64,000 nucleotides of DNA, from NCBI GenBank assembly GCA_051294375.1, contig CM119264.1:24964048-25028047 (forward strand), read 5' to 3'. Positions 12,957 through 25,972 of the stretch are shown here, piece by piece. Source of the DNA: Paraspadella gotoi (Eukaryota > Animalia > Chaetognatha). Positions within the stretch are counted from its first letter, which is position 1; each line of letters starts with the position of its first letter. The position numbers were made by a program, and so were the translations under genes. Below the pieces are notes generated by a model that made no database searches, had not been told where the DNA came from, and was given only the letters and a program-made list of their open reading frames with translations.

Positions 12957-13130
12957 ATTTAACAAAGTTTGGAAATGTTTTCGTCAACGATTTTTTTATT
13001 AGTATACGGACATGTTTCGACTCTTTATTTCGAGTCTTACCGCTGATGAAGACTCGAAATGAAGAGTCGAAACATGTCCGTATACTAATAAAAAAATCGT
13101 TGACGAAAACATTTCCAAACTTTGTTAAAT
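12957..13130. mobile_element. 174-bp near-perfect palindrome, a probable inverted Penelope-like pseudo-LTR remnant
   Basis: ATTTAACAAAGTTTGG...GAGTCTT (12957-13038) is the reverse complement of AAGACTC...CCAAACTTTGTTAAAT (13049-13130) with about 1 mismatch. The spacer carries the hammerhead CTGATG core. Confidence 0.65.
13038..13083 (+). ncRNA. Minimal type I hammerhead ribozyme (Penelope-like element type)
   Basis: CTGATGA core (13043-13049) plus an extra A; stem II GACTC/GAGTC (13051-55/13064-68); GAAA (13069-72); palindromic ACATGT mini stem III; GTC cleavage triplet (13076-78). Short stem I (taccg/cgta) and AATAAA about 10 nt downstream. Confidence 0.75.
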
Positions 13131-13529
13131 AACAAAACCGAAAAACCAAAATAAATAATATCAAAAAAGCAACGTCCTAATAAAAGAAATAAAAAACTTC
13201 GAGAAAAAAGAAAGAAAAGAAGAAAGGCTTCGTTCGAATCAATCCGAATCTCATTGGCTAAAACTCATAAAATTGGTCAAAAATGAGACCATCAAGAAAA
13301 TGATTCCTTTGGCCTCAAAGAAAATATACAAGGCTTTTCTTAGAACTATTCAGGGTGGTGACCATATGTGAATTTGCCCGGGGTTAGTGGCAAAAAATAG
13401 TATTAAAAAAAAGGATATAAAAATAGAAAACAAAGGCGCAACGAAAAACCTAAAAGAGGCAGAAGAGAAAAAAACCGCGAAAGTCGTTCGGTTTATGGTT
13501 CCCCATCGAGACTTGTCGTCTTCCTTCTT

Positions 13530-13568
<39 letters not shown>

Positions 13569-14430
13569 GTCGATGTCGTCGTCAATAAAAGTTGAGGTCG
13601 CCAGGGTTCAAAGTTCAATCGATCGAGGAGGCGGAAACAGAGAAGACATTTTCTGGTTGTTTCGAAAGAATTTGGAAGGGAGAGAAAGGCGCAACGTCTA
13701 ACAAACAAAGAGAAAAAAAAATAGAAACAGAGAGAAAGACAGACTGACAAGCTCATAATTAAATACAGTGAAGTTGGACAAAAGTGAAGCTGAATAAAGA
13801 GTCAACGATAGCGTACTCACGATCGATATAGCTGTTATGTCCATAGCGGGGACATCTCACCGAGTGAGATGTCATTTCTTGACTTCTTTTTTCTAAAACT
13901 TTCATTCCTCGTTCCCCAATTTCCTTCTTCCTCTTTCAACTTCAACCTCAGTTTTCTTCTATTTTTTTTTTAAACTTTTTAACTTTTTCTCTCTGTTTTT
14001 TTTTCCTTTTTTCTTTTTTTTCCCTTTTTCTACTTCATCCTTTCCTTTATTTCTATTTTGCCTATTTCTTCATGCGTCTTTGAGTCTCGCAAAGTCAGCG
14101 ACGCGGCACAAAATCCATCCGCGCGTAAATTTTATTTCCTGCGTTTCGTTTCACGGAAATCACCCAAATCCCAAAACCCAAACTTTCCAAAATTCACCCC
14201 ACCCTCCCAAGCTTTCAGCCCCCCATGACTCTGAGCACTCTTTAAAATTTTCTGCACCCATCAAAGCTTTTAGCCGCTATCCAAGCTCGGAGCTTGATTC
14301 TTTACAAGCTCCAAACTCCCTTGTGAACCTCAAAATCTTGAATTTCCGTCAAACAACATTTCTTTCCCTAACTAAAGTTCCTTCACAGTTTTCACCTCAC
14401 CGACTTTTATAACCCCCACCCTGTCGCGCC

Positions 14431-14461
<31 letters not shown>

Positions 14462-14741
14462 CGTTAACCCCCTTTCTCCTTCTCTGTCAATCATTCCTTT
14501 CAAACTCGTGTTATCCATTTATGATTCGCTGCACAGAAAATTTCTTTTTTCTTTTTCTTTCTTAACCGGTTCTTATCCAACTTATATGTTTAATAATTAC
14601 ACTATTCTAAAGTATTTTGTTTTACAGAATTTAAATAAAAAATATCTTTTATCACCAACGCTTTTTTTTCGTAATTTGTTTGCGTTTCTTACGTATTTCA
14701 TATCCTTCCAATAGCTAACCTTCTTATTTTAATTCTATTAT

Positions 14742-15155
14742 AACTCTATAAGTCACTTTTCGGTCGGTCAGTCGGTCCGTTGGTATGTCTGTCCGTCCGT
14801 CTGTCCCACTTACCTCAAAAATGAATAATTTGGCTATAGTTAGTTTAAGACAGAAAAATCTCAAATCTAAGGGACTGCTAGCGCCGCCATTAGGAATTCA
14901 TTAAACTATAGGGAATAAAAGACGGAATTTTAATACAATGCATATCATAAATACACATGCAAAGAAAGTTTTTTTAGTTTTTTATATCTCATATCATGTC
15001 ATGTCATATATGTGATCAAAGGGAAATACACATGAAAATAAAATCACTGCGGCGCAACACATTGGAATTACCGTAGCAATAACTTTCAAAGCGCAAATTT
15101 CTTAAAGTTCTTTGTAAAGCAAAGCGTCTTATCGTCGCCTTGATCAAACTTTTAA
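14742..15155 (+). mobile_element. Non-autonomous Helentron/DINE-1-like element (tentative)
   Basis: actctataagtcacttttc is followed by a (ggtc/gtcc/gtct)n microsatellite, and the 3' end reads gcgtcttatcgtcgcc..aactttt. A similar 5' module lies at about 62322-62380. Confidence 0.35.
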
Positions 15156-16219
15156 ACACAGACCGACCGACCAAACAAAATCTAGTTTCTCTAAATTACC
15201 TTGCGTTGACGAAGGGAGAAAAAAAAACACCAGCCGAGAATCTCCGCCTTCAACTCAGAAAATCAGCGACCGAATTTCTCGGCTAAAAATTCATCTTCGG
15301 TTCGATGAATAAATTCGGAGACGAAATTTGCGAGATTTTTGCTTCAAGGTCGTTTCAGGAATGTTAAGTTGAAATCGACCCGTGAAAAGATAAACTCATC
15401 AAGAGAAGTTGAATCTTACGGTGGATTAAAATTCGTCAACAATTTAAAGTAGTCATTGGTGATGGAGGCAAGTATTTCAGCTCACTGCCCAGTGCCCAAT
15501 GATTCAGGGTAGTAACCCGGTGGCCGCCTGGCAGTCTAGTGGAACTGGGAGCTTAACCCGCCTGTATTTTGAACTTGTTACTGTCCCTACAATTGAGAAC
15601 TTTTGTTAAGTGGTCTAAATCGAACATCTAAAGAGACATAGCCTCTCTATCTGTGTGGTGTCGTCCACACCTCGTGGTTTTCCGATTGATTTCCGACTCG
15701 TAGGTACACACTTTCGAAATTTACCAAATCATATTCATTACATCGTTTAAAAATTGAAAAAAGTATTGATATTTTTTCCCATACCTTTCAATTTGTTTCA
15801 CCTCAAAACCTCAAAACCTCGCGACCCTCGCCATCTTGTAAATCGTCGAATCGCTCCTCCAGAGGGCCACCACGCTTCCCTTCAATCGATGTTCATTTGG
15901 TCGAAAACCTAGAAACCTTTCTCCTCGCCAGGTTTACGACTTCATCCGGATTTTACAACCGGATTAATCATTCTTCTCTGCTTCGCCGGGATTGGCTAAT
16001 GACCTTGGCCCTACGATATTTCGGGAAACACGAGTCAAACAACAATCATCATTTAGGTTCAGAAGGGAAAAAAAATTCATGTACTAGTTTATACGTGGAA
16101 CCGTTGTTGTACAAGATATTTTTTTTCTTCTTCACAGTCTTGTTCTCTCAAACTTTTTTTTCAGGCCACTGTTTCTCACAGTCCATTATCACCCTTATAG
16201 CGCATCTTACTCATCTCAC

Positions 16220-16310
<91 letters not shown>

Positions 16311-16628
16311 AAACAACAATTTAAAAACTTACCCCCACCACATTTTCAACGCCACTCTTTTTATCCATCTTCCCCACCTACCCGCTCCCCTCTTTCTTCT
16401 ACTCCACCCCTCTTCCTCCACCCCTATCCGTCCACCTCACCCCACTTCCTCCACCCACCCAAAGATGGACTCCAGCTCCAACCGAGTCCAATGATTTCGT
16501 TTCCTTCCGCCAGAGATTTTTCCTCCTCCCTTTCAATTTCCGACTCACACTGTCTTCGCTTGATTGCTTCTTTGAACAGCACCTGCTGCTCTCTCGAACG
16601 TGCCGCAACTTCTCTAATCCTGCCCTCG

Positions 16629-16665
<37 letters not shown>

Positions 16666-17951
16666 TTCTTTCTCTCACACGCCCACAAAATATAGAATTT
16701 ATGTTTTGAAATACAAAGAAGACAAATATAAAGTTGCAACAATGCAAGACTCTCCTGACAATTTTTGTTAATCGTCGTTCTAGTGTAATTTTAAATATCT
16801 CTAGTCGATTTTTTTCCCCCTTCTTCCCTAGAAGAAACAAAGTGCTGAAAGCAAAAAGTATCTTAATAATTAATGAAATGTTTTTACCTTAAAAGGAAAA
16901 GTTAGGAAAAAGAGGGTGAATTGGATTTTTCTTCCACCGACGCCGTTTTCCAATGCAGCTGACGCGAGAAGCGCTGCAGGGGCTGTGCTGCAGCTACTGA
17001 TGCCAATGCCTGGCGTCCAGATTTCACTCTTCCCCATTCTTACCATTGGTGTGGAAATTTTGCCACTAACTTCACTCATGAGGATATCACTTTACTAAAC
17101 CACCTATTGCCACCTATTCTCTCTTTCCACTTCCCACCCTCACGGAACCACCTGCCACTGGTTCACTGTGACTCTCCCTCCAATTCGCTCACTTCATCTC
17201 CTTAAATTTGTCCTTGCATCAAAATTCCTTTTTTTTTCTCGGCGATGATTTTTTTTAACAGCGGAACGAAAAATATCCTAACTAAAAAAACAAACAAAAA
17301 AGCGAAAAAAGGAAAGTTTAAAAAAAAGGAAAAACAAGCAAACTCGTTATTTTTCTTTCCTTGGATAAAATCGAAGGCCATCGGCAGATTGCGGCCAGGA
17401 TGGTTGCGGTATAGGGCAGAGTAGCGTCAATGCTGTTATTATGGTGCGCAGCGATTGCGTTAGTAACGATGCCGAGCCATCTTTTCCACCATCTTTGGAA
17501 TGACACAAAATTGTCTATAATCAAGATGCTGTCTAGAGGCGAATGAAAAGAAACGGGAGTTGGCCCAGTGGCACACGTACTTTTACTCTTCTTTTCTGAT
17601 TTAATCTTTTTTTCATGCATTCATTCATCCTCTTCCGTTCAGTTTTGTTCCTCTTCTTTTTCCCTTAATTCATTAAGAAAAACCTTAGACCCATAGACCT
17701 CTGGAGCGTAATCTTCAGGAATGCCCATTTATTGATTATTCGTTCGTTGCCCATCGAAGCAATGAAAATTGTACGTCTTCTATGTTTCTGAATGAGCTCG
17801 TTTTATCTCCTAAAGGCTCCACGTACGATCGACGTCCTTTAGATAACGATTTCTGAACTTAAATAATTACCATCTCTTTTGATCTCAGTGATTAGTATGA
17901 AGTTTTCTTTATTTAAAAAACGGTTTGCTATGGTTATCTCATTCTTATTAC

Positions 17952-19334
17952 CTAGTACTGTTCAGTTAAATTTCTATGAGTTAAAAATACGGTAAGACAT
18001 GATTTCTTCGGAGATTATCAATCTAATCTCATTAACAACCTAATTTGAGATGAAAGTATGATGAATTTTTATGGTACCAACAACTTTTAAAGATCAAATT
18101 CCTCCTTTTAATTTTTTGTGCTTTATTTACACAAAACTTTTCAGACAAGATGCCACATTATCTGATACATTTTTTTTTCATTTCATACCGTTTCCCTGAT
18201 TCTCTTTCTTCATCTCTTTCTTCTCTGTGTTTCTATTTTTATCTTCCTCTTTCCTCCCTACTTTTCACGCCGTAACTTACCTTTTCTATGACCCTACCTT
18301 TCTCTGCCACTATTTCACTTTCCTTATCCTTTTTTATTGCCTTCTCTCCTTCTCTTTCTTTTCCCTCTTTTCCCCTCTTTTTCTTTCCATTTTTCCCTTC
18401 TTTTTCCGCCTTTCCTTTATCTCCTTATTTTTTTTCTCCTTTGCCTTCTTTTTTATGCTTTTCCCCCTTTCTCTCTCATTCTCCCCTTCTCCTTTTCTTG
18501 TTCTCCCTTTCATGTTCCCTCCCACTACTTTTCTGCCTTTACATTGAGCCAAATCAAAGAATATTTTTATAATCCATTATAAGAAAAGAAATTTACGGTA
18601 TCTCATGATTTTTCTTTCAATTTTGGTTGCCTGGCAAATTTAGTAAATCGACAGATTTTGCGGAAAATATTTCCGCAAAATCTGTCGATTCTGAGAAAAA
18701 ACAAGTCCTGACGCTTTCCATTGGTTTAAAAGGATGCGGTTTTTTTTGTTTTATTAACGTCAGTATGTTCTGAACTGTTAAAACTATAAAATAAATTTAA
18801 AATCTTATCTTTATTAAAAATAAATGCAAGTCACAAAAAGTCACAAATTAATTGTCGTCTTTAAAAATATCTATGGCTAAACGAAATGAGTTTTTTTGAT
18901 AATTTTGTAGGTGTTAAAAGCTTATTCTGTGGGTTATATTTTCTGTTAGTTTAAGCCAATTTAAACTATTTTTGTTTAATAAATTATAATAAAAACTAAA
19001 ACTGCGACTTTTTGACTTGTCAACTTTCAAATTAATTCATAAGTGAACTATGAATGATATAAGGAAAATATTTTACTCAGGGGTGAAGAAGATAAGGAAG
19101 AAAGGAATTCCAAAATAAAAAAATTTTCTCAACTTTCCTTGGCATTCAAATTTGAAGACGAAAGTGAAAATGGACAAAAATGGACATGATTTTTTTTTCC
19201 TAAAAGTTGCAAAAATGTTACTCTTATATGATTAGAAATAGCTGGAGATGGTTTTAACTAATCCATATTTTGGCCCAATTTATATTATGGGGCAATTTAA
19301 ATTTATTTTGTTAATAGTAACTGAACAATACTGG
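17952..19334. mobile_element. Putative non-autonomous DNA transposon with 17-bp TIRs and a central palindrome
   Basis: CTAGTACTGTTCAGTTA (17952-68) versus TAACTGAACAATACTGG (19318-34), 15/17 inverted match. A perfect hairpin lies near the centre (18646-18690). No clear TSD. Confidence 0.4.
18646..18690. repeat. Perfect hairpin with 21-bp arms
   Basis: AATCGACAGATTTTGCGGAAA-ata-TTTCCGCAAAATCTGTCGATT. Confidence 0.9.
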
Positions 19335-19896
19335 AAAAACTAGTTTTTTATCTGAATGCGAGGATTGTAAGCAGAGGCTAAAGTCATTAAAACGAAAACC
19401 AGAAATTCAAGAAAGGCTCGAACTGTTTATTATTATCCTCGTATTTCGTTTAACTGAAAACCGTTATCGCTTATTAAACAATGAAGGGAGACGAATCACA
19501 ATGATATCTATTTCTTTTTCTCTAAATATCTCGATCCTTCCCTTTTTCTATTTTTGTCCTCCATTATTACACTTATTTTTGTTAACTATCTTCTTGAATC
19601 TTCGTATCTCGTTTCGTTTCGTTTCGCCGACTCCAGGTCGGACCAAAACGCAAAATCTCATCTTCGGAGAAGTTTGACTCGTCATGCGAGGTCAACGAAC
19701 CGGCCCAATTTGTCGAATTACAACATAATTCAAGGGGCGTTTTTTCGAATTGTTTAATTATTTAGGTATACGTTATTGGATAAATTTGGCGGGACATTAA
19801 AATATAATATTGTCTACTTTGGGTCAAACGAGACAAATTAACAATTCAACGAGAAAAAAATAAAAAAAAACAAAAAAAAACAACAAACCCATTGCC

Positions 19897-20406
19897 ATGC
19901 AATCTCTCGTCCTTTCGACTATCATCATCGGCGGATTTCTTTTAAATTCGCCATCGTCCGCTTTTCCTTCGCACAAAATTAGCTGCGTGCCGGGACATCA
20001 GTATGTGAACTTCAAGCTACGAAATACAAACATCACTGGAACTGAAGTCGGGAGAGTCGTGGATATTGAGTACGATCGCGCCGATATTTTATGACATTAA
20101 ATTTATTTTTTATCATTATGAATGAATAAATATTTAATGATAAATACATGTAAGCGATCGAAAAGACTGATCAGTACTTAATTAGCATATCGTCCATAAC
20201 CTCTTCCATCCCCCACACGTTTCTCTTTCTCCAGATTATGCGCTGTCTTGTGTTGCGAAATACCGTTCTCAGACATGGCCGTGTTGATCGACAGCAAATG
20301 CTACTGTCCCCATTGCGTCACAAAAGAAGATTGCGAACGAGTCCCTGATGAAGGAAGTGGAAATATTGTCGCGTTTTTTACGCGGCTTTCAGGAGGATCC
20401 GAGTGA
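19897..20406 (+). CDS. Two-exon gene (19897-20069, 20235-20406) for a 114-aa secreted cysteine-rich protein with a MANEC/MANSC (PAN-fold-related)-like domain
   Basis: ATG at 19897 starts a hydrophobic signal-peptide-like stretch (MQSLVLSTIIIGGFLLNSPSSA). GT donor at 20070 (phase 2). Polypyrimidine tract and CAG acceptor (ttctctttctccag) end at 20234, and the phases match. Spliced product: ...ISCVPGHQYVNFKLRNTNITGTEVGRVVDIELCAVLCCEIPFSDMAVLIDSKCYCPHCVTKEDCERVPDEGSGNIVAFFTRLSGGSE*, stop TGA 20404-20406. AATAAA near 20596. An alternative phase-2 donor GTATGT at 20001 is also compatible. The domain call rests on my recognition of the C-x3-CC-x5-D-x-A-x6-CY-x3-C-x5-C pattern. Confidence 0.8.
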
Positions 20407-20739
20407 TTGGCGTCCTACATTCTACTATACTGGATCACTAAAATGATTTTTTTTTTTAAACATACATTTTTTAGGATTTGATACGTTTGAATTGAGTAAG
20501 CGAAAAAGCATTTTTTTCGTTTTGAGACTTTAGTACTTTGTAGTTGACAAAATTTCGTAAACGATCAATATAGTAATAGGAATTTTGTATAATTTAATAA
20601 ATAAATAAAATATTGATTATCGATTTACTTATTTTTAAGCTTTTACGTAGATTCTAGTACTGTAGTCGGGCATTGCCTAGGTTCACCCCGCCTATAAGCA
20701 TGACACAGCAGTATGGCTGACGATCTACTAGTGTAGCAT

Positions 20740-21032
20740 TGACGTTCGCGGTGGCCAACGCGGGCGTCGATGAAGGGGCAGAGAATCCGTCCAATGGCAG
20801 AGAATTTCGACATCGGTTTCTCGAGTTTCCCGATTTACGACTGAATGTCTTGACGACGATTATGAAGACTATCAACAAACCTCATCTTGGTTATTATTTT
20901 TGGAAAAGTCGTAGTTTAGTATGTCAAAGTAAATAAACATTTAAAAAAACGTTGAGTTCTCGACAGTCGTCTCCAAAAAAGTCAGCCTAAATCAACAATT
21001 TTGAAATCAAAACGAGGAGAGCTCAAACAATA
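20740..21032 (+). repeat. Dispersed repeat, copy 1 (homologous to 29948-30365)
   Basis: Shared collinear blocks: cgcggtg..caacgcg, ggcagaga.ttcgacatc, agtttcccgattt.cgac, ataaacatttaaaa, aaagtcag, acaattttga, gctcaaacaa. Confidence 0.65.
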
Positions 21033-21070
21033 ATATTCCATGCTTTCTGTTCTTTACCCCGAGCAACTTC

Positions 21071-21115
<45 letters not shown>

Positions 21116-22259
21116 TCTCGGTTCTCTCCCTCTTTTCACTCCTCGGCCGTCACGACCCCGTCATATCTTCTCCGCGGATAAGTCATCGACAGAAAATCAA
21201 AAAAATTATCACGTCGACGACGACGATGACGACGATGACGAAGACGATGACAAGAATCAAGGCGGAATCACGTCTCGTTTCTTGTTTTGACACCAGAGCT
21301 TTTTTTTTTACTCGGCGATCTTACAAATGCAATGGAATTGAACGTTCACGCGACCACTACGATGACGCCGACGACAACTACGACGTATCTTCAAATTCGA
21401 AGTTCGAAATCAGACACCCACTTTCCTGAGCTGCCTGATTTCTGAGGGGACGTGATTTGCCCTCTCCTTCGATCTTTGGTCATTGGTCAAGCCAACGCAA
21501 ACTGAATTTATCCTCGGTGATATTTTAAGGATGAGATATTAAGTTTTAGCTCAAAATTACATATCAGAATTACATTATAATTTCCGTGTTGTCCTCAAAA
21601 AAGGAAATCAAATATATCGATAAAAAGAAAAGAAAAAAAAACATTGAAGTATCATCGCGTTCAAAGGATGTTGAGACGAGATAGTTTTTTTCCCGACGAC
21701 GACGACGACGATGACGATGACGACGTCGACGACGACCAAAGCTTCCAACAGTAATAAAAACTATAATTTTCATTCGGCCGAGCGCTACGTTAATGATCGC
21801 CCTCGTAATGGCCGATATATTAACGATAATGGGCGATCGTTAAAAGCCCTTCTGTNNNNNNNNNNNNNNNNNNNNNNNNNNNNNNNNNNNNNNNNNNNNN
21901 NNNNNNNNNNNNNNNNNNNNNNNNNNNNNNNNNNNNNNNNNNNNNNNNNNNNNNNNNNNNNNNNNNNNNNNNNNNNNNNNNNNNNNNNNNNNNNNNNNNN
22001 NNNNNNNNNNNNNNNNNNNNNNNNNNNNNNNNNNNNNNNNNNNNNNNNNNNNNNNNNNNNNNNNNNNNNNNNNNNNNNNNNNNNNNNNNNNNNNNNNNNN
22101 NNNNNNNNNGCTTCATAAAAACAGTCTCTCTCTCTCTCTCTCTTTCTGCTGCGCTCAACCTTTCGAAATAAGGCAACGGAACCCGGGAATGCAACAGCTG
22201 ACGTTTATGATACCCATTGTCCTTCAAACTGCGCCCCCTTCTCTCTTTTTCTTCGTCTG

Positions 22260-22291
<32 letters not shown>

Positions 22292-22411
22292 CTCTCTATC
22301 ACTTTTTCTCTCTCCATATTTGAGCGACTTGAACTCCCTCTACCCTTCCCCATGCTGTAATTGCCAATCAACCTCCGCCCTCGGCATCAGGCGCGCAACA
22401 TCGCTTGACGG

Positions 22412-22805
22412 CGGAGCCTTCTCACTCCCTAGCTTCATTTTGGCTCGACTTTCTCACTCCCTCGCTTCATTTTGGCGGGGCTTTCTCACTCCCTAGCTTC
22501 ATTTTGGCTCGCCTTTCTCACTCCCTTGCTTCATTTTGGCTCGGCTTTCTCACTCCCTCGCTTCATTTTGGCGCAGCTTTCTTACTCCCTTGCTTCATTT
22601 TGGCTCGGCTTTCTCACTCCCTCGCTTCATTTTGGCGCGGTTTTCTCACTCCCTAGCTTCATTTTAGCGCGGCTTACTCATTCCCTCGCTTCATTTTGGT
22701 GCGGCTTTCCCACTCCCTAGCTTCATTTTTCCGCGGCTTCATCACCTTTTTTCATGGCTTTCTCACTCCATCGCTTCATTTTTGTGCGGCTTTATCACTC
22801 CCCAA
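22412..22805. repeat. 32-bp minisatellite, about 12 copies, running into a gap
   Basis: Unit cggctttctcactccctcgcttcattttggcg. The overlapping ORFs repeat every 32 aa (3 units). Confidence 0.9.
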
Positions 22806-24581
22806 CTACCTTTTTTTNNNNNNNNNNNNNNNNNNNNNNNNNNNNNNNNNNNNNNNNNNNNNNNNNNNNNNNNNNNNNNNNNNNNNNNNNNNNNNNNNNN
22901 NNNNNNNNNNNNNNNNNNNNNNNNNNNNNNNNNNNNNNNNNNNNNNNNNNNNNNNNNNNNNNNNNNNNNNNNNNNNNNNNNNNNNNNNNNNNNNNNNNNN
23001 NNNNNNNNNNNNNNNNNNNNNNNNNNNNNNNNNNNNNNNNNNNNNNNNNNNNNNNNNNNNNNNNNNNNNNNNNNNNNNNNNNNNNNNNNNNNNNNNNNNN
23101 NNNNNNNNNNNNNNNNNNNNNNNNNNNNNNNNNNNNNNNNNNNNNNNNNNNNNNNNNNNNNNNNNNNNNNNNNNNNNNNNNNNNNNNNNNNNNNNNNNNN
23201 NNNNNNNCGCCCGCCAGCCCACGCAGTAATTCTTGATGAATGATTAGTAGACTTAGGCTTTTAATTCCCGACTTTTCTTACTCTATCCAGCGAGATACAC
23301 CCAACGCACACTATCACTCATCAAAAGAACAACAACAACTACGACGTCCTCCGTTCTACTCTTAACACTAAACGAGTTAACCCAGCTCTCCCCCCTCTAT
23401 CTCCGCCTCCTCATCTTCATTCGCCTTATGCTACCATTNNNNNNNNNNNNNNNNNNNNNNNNNNNNNNNNNNNNNNNNNNNNNNNNNNNNNNNNNNNNNN
23501 NNNNNNNNNNNNNNNNNNNNNNNNNNNNNNNNNNNNNNNNNNNNNNNNNNNNNNNNNNNNNNNNNNNNNNNNNNNNNNNNNNNNNNNNNNNNNNNNNNNN
23601 NNNNNNNNNNNNNNNNNNNNNNNNNNNNNNNNNNNNNNNNNNNNNNNNNNNNNNNNNNNNNNNNNNNNNNNNNNNNNNNNNNNNNNNNNNNNNNTTTTTT
23701 TTTTTTTTCGCGAGCGAAATGAGGAATTCGTTGTGACTATGATTTTGGTATAGCCGATATAATAATTAGCTATTCATTCAATTAAAAAGCTACCTTGTCC
23801 CTTTACTTTGGTGTGTCAACGCCTCTATCTCTCTTACAAGATACTAACGTTACAAGACCCTGCATGTTTTCAATCAAGACTGTCTATGATCAAGGAAAAC
23901 TACCTAATCGTATTTTAATTGCGTTCCTTAGCGATCTCGCACGAAGCGTCGGTGATCATGCAAGATCTTGAAGAATTGATTTCCCATGGGTCAATTAAAC
24001 TTGTTTTGATCTAGCATGCCCCTGTCCTGCACGTAGTCATCTCAAAGGCGAGAGTCGATCTTACATGCAGCTGTTTTCCGCACGCGACAATCTCTAACAC
24101 AGCGATCTCACACTCAGCGATCTCGCACTCGGCGATCACGCGCCAGCCTTGACTCGCGCGCGTCGGCCCCCGCGTCGCACGTGGGACGGGGAACGATCAA
24201 GGCGAAAGAAATGGGAACTCTCACTGAGTCGCCAAGCGCAGAGCAGAGAGAGCTCAGAGAGGTAGCACGAGCTGGAGAGAGGAAGATGAGAAGAGAGAGC
24301 ACGAGCGAGGAGAGAGAGATGAGAAGAGAGAGAGGAGGAGAGAGAGAGAGAGGAGAGAGAGGATAAAATAATCTAAAGGTTTTTTCCATTTACCTTATNN
24401 NNNNNNNNNNNNNNNNNNNNNNNNNNNNNNNNNNNNNNNNNNNNNNNTTTTTTTTTGCTGTGAAAACCGCGCATGCGCAGCTCAGCTGTGAGAAAGCAGT
24501 GGAATGTACAGTCGAGCGAGGAGAGAGGCCGACTCTGTATCGCGGTCGTTGCTCATCAGCTCAAGCGAGACTGTATTTTGA

Positions 24582-24693
<112 letters not shown>

Positions 24694-24892
24694 ATGTCAT
24701 TGAAACGGCTTTCAACTCTTCCCATTTCTTTTTTGTTTCGACATTTCTGCGATTTTTTTTTGTGTCGACGTCCTAAACGCACGCGTCGCTCGTTTCCATG
24801 GAGACAGGTGGCGCCAGGTGCGCGCGAATCCTCGATGGCTAAACAACCGACGGATGCAAAACTGGCATCTGGGGCGTCCTCGTCGTCGTCGA

Positions 24893-24923
<31 letters not shown>

Positions 24924-25794
24924 CTCGTCGTCGTCGTCGCCGCAACAAAAAAGAAAGAAAGAAAGAAGGAAAATTTGCTTAACTGAGCATCTTTTTTGTT
25001 TTCATTTTCGGGGTTAAACCGTCGAGGATGAGACCTTGTTTGGGCATTCATAGAATTTTTAATGGGTTTTTTTTTTTGCCAAGAGTCATTAGAAAGGAGC
25101 CTCCGCCGCCGCGCCCCGCCTTTTGACTTTTCCCAACGATTTTTCCTCTTGGAACTTGTTTTTCCGGAACAGTGAACCTCGAGTATTGAGCGGTGAACGT
25201 GAGGGGGGGACGTTGTGAATGGTGAACGCCGAGGTCTCCCAGTGAAGTCGCCAGTCGGTAGAAAGATAGTTCTGCTTCACTGACGGGCAAAACTTTTTTT
25301 CGATACATTATTTTTCTTTTTCTCTTTTTAAAATAATTATGTGAATTAAGTTTGTTAGTGTCTTTCGGAAAGTAATTTTATTTTTTTTTTAGCAAAATGA
25401 TTTGTGAATTCAATTTACATAATATTTACTGTTTCCCGTTTCATCTTTGGTTCGTCAACGCAGTAAATACATAAAAGTCACCTGACACAAAGTAATTCTC
25501 GCTCGATCCAATAACCTAATATTGACTTGGTACTTGGGAGGAAGACTTGAGAATCGCATTGACCAGGTTGTCGACCAGAACTACATTATCGTAGTCGTTG
25601 TTTCAGTCGAATGAGTTCCTTTCATGTTCGTTCGACGAGAATTGTAAAAACAAACAGATTGTGACTTGTGTAAAACAGAAAAGCGATTGCTGGCCGCGCT
25701 TAACCAAAGACAATCATTTTGCCTCTTCATTTTTTGCTTCTATCGCGTTGCGGAAAGTTCACACCGCCTAAGAGTATGACACCTTCGGTCATAC

Positions 25795-25972
25795 CCAGGT
25801 GGCTCATTGAGTAAAGCCATCAGTTCTTGACCTTAAGTTACAGGGAATGATCTCCAAAGAAAGCGTGAGGACAGCCTAGAAACCCCCATGCCTGCTTTCA
25901 AGACAAGGACCCGTTTCATTGCCTCTGAGAGATGGCTAAGAATTCATTAGCCGACTCAGCGCATTATCCACA
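25795..25972 (+). mobile_element. Diverged SINE family A copy
   Basis: GGTGGCTCATTGAGTAAAGCCATCAG, AAGCGTGAGGACAGCC, GGACCCGT and ATCCACA match the 59.3-59.5 kb element. The B box is lost. An inverted assembly copy lies at about 27290-27490. Confidence 0.55.

Noticed and set aside
16424-17620. Coding-looking GC-rich patches on the minus strand (also 290-460 and 28570-28700)
   Set aside because: There is no recognisable domain and no consistent splice or phase chain.
22412-22805. 32-bp repeat as a CRISPR array
   Set aside because: The units are head-to-tail with no unique spacers, there are no cas genes, and the context is eukaryotic.
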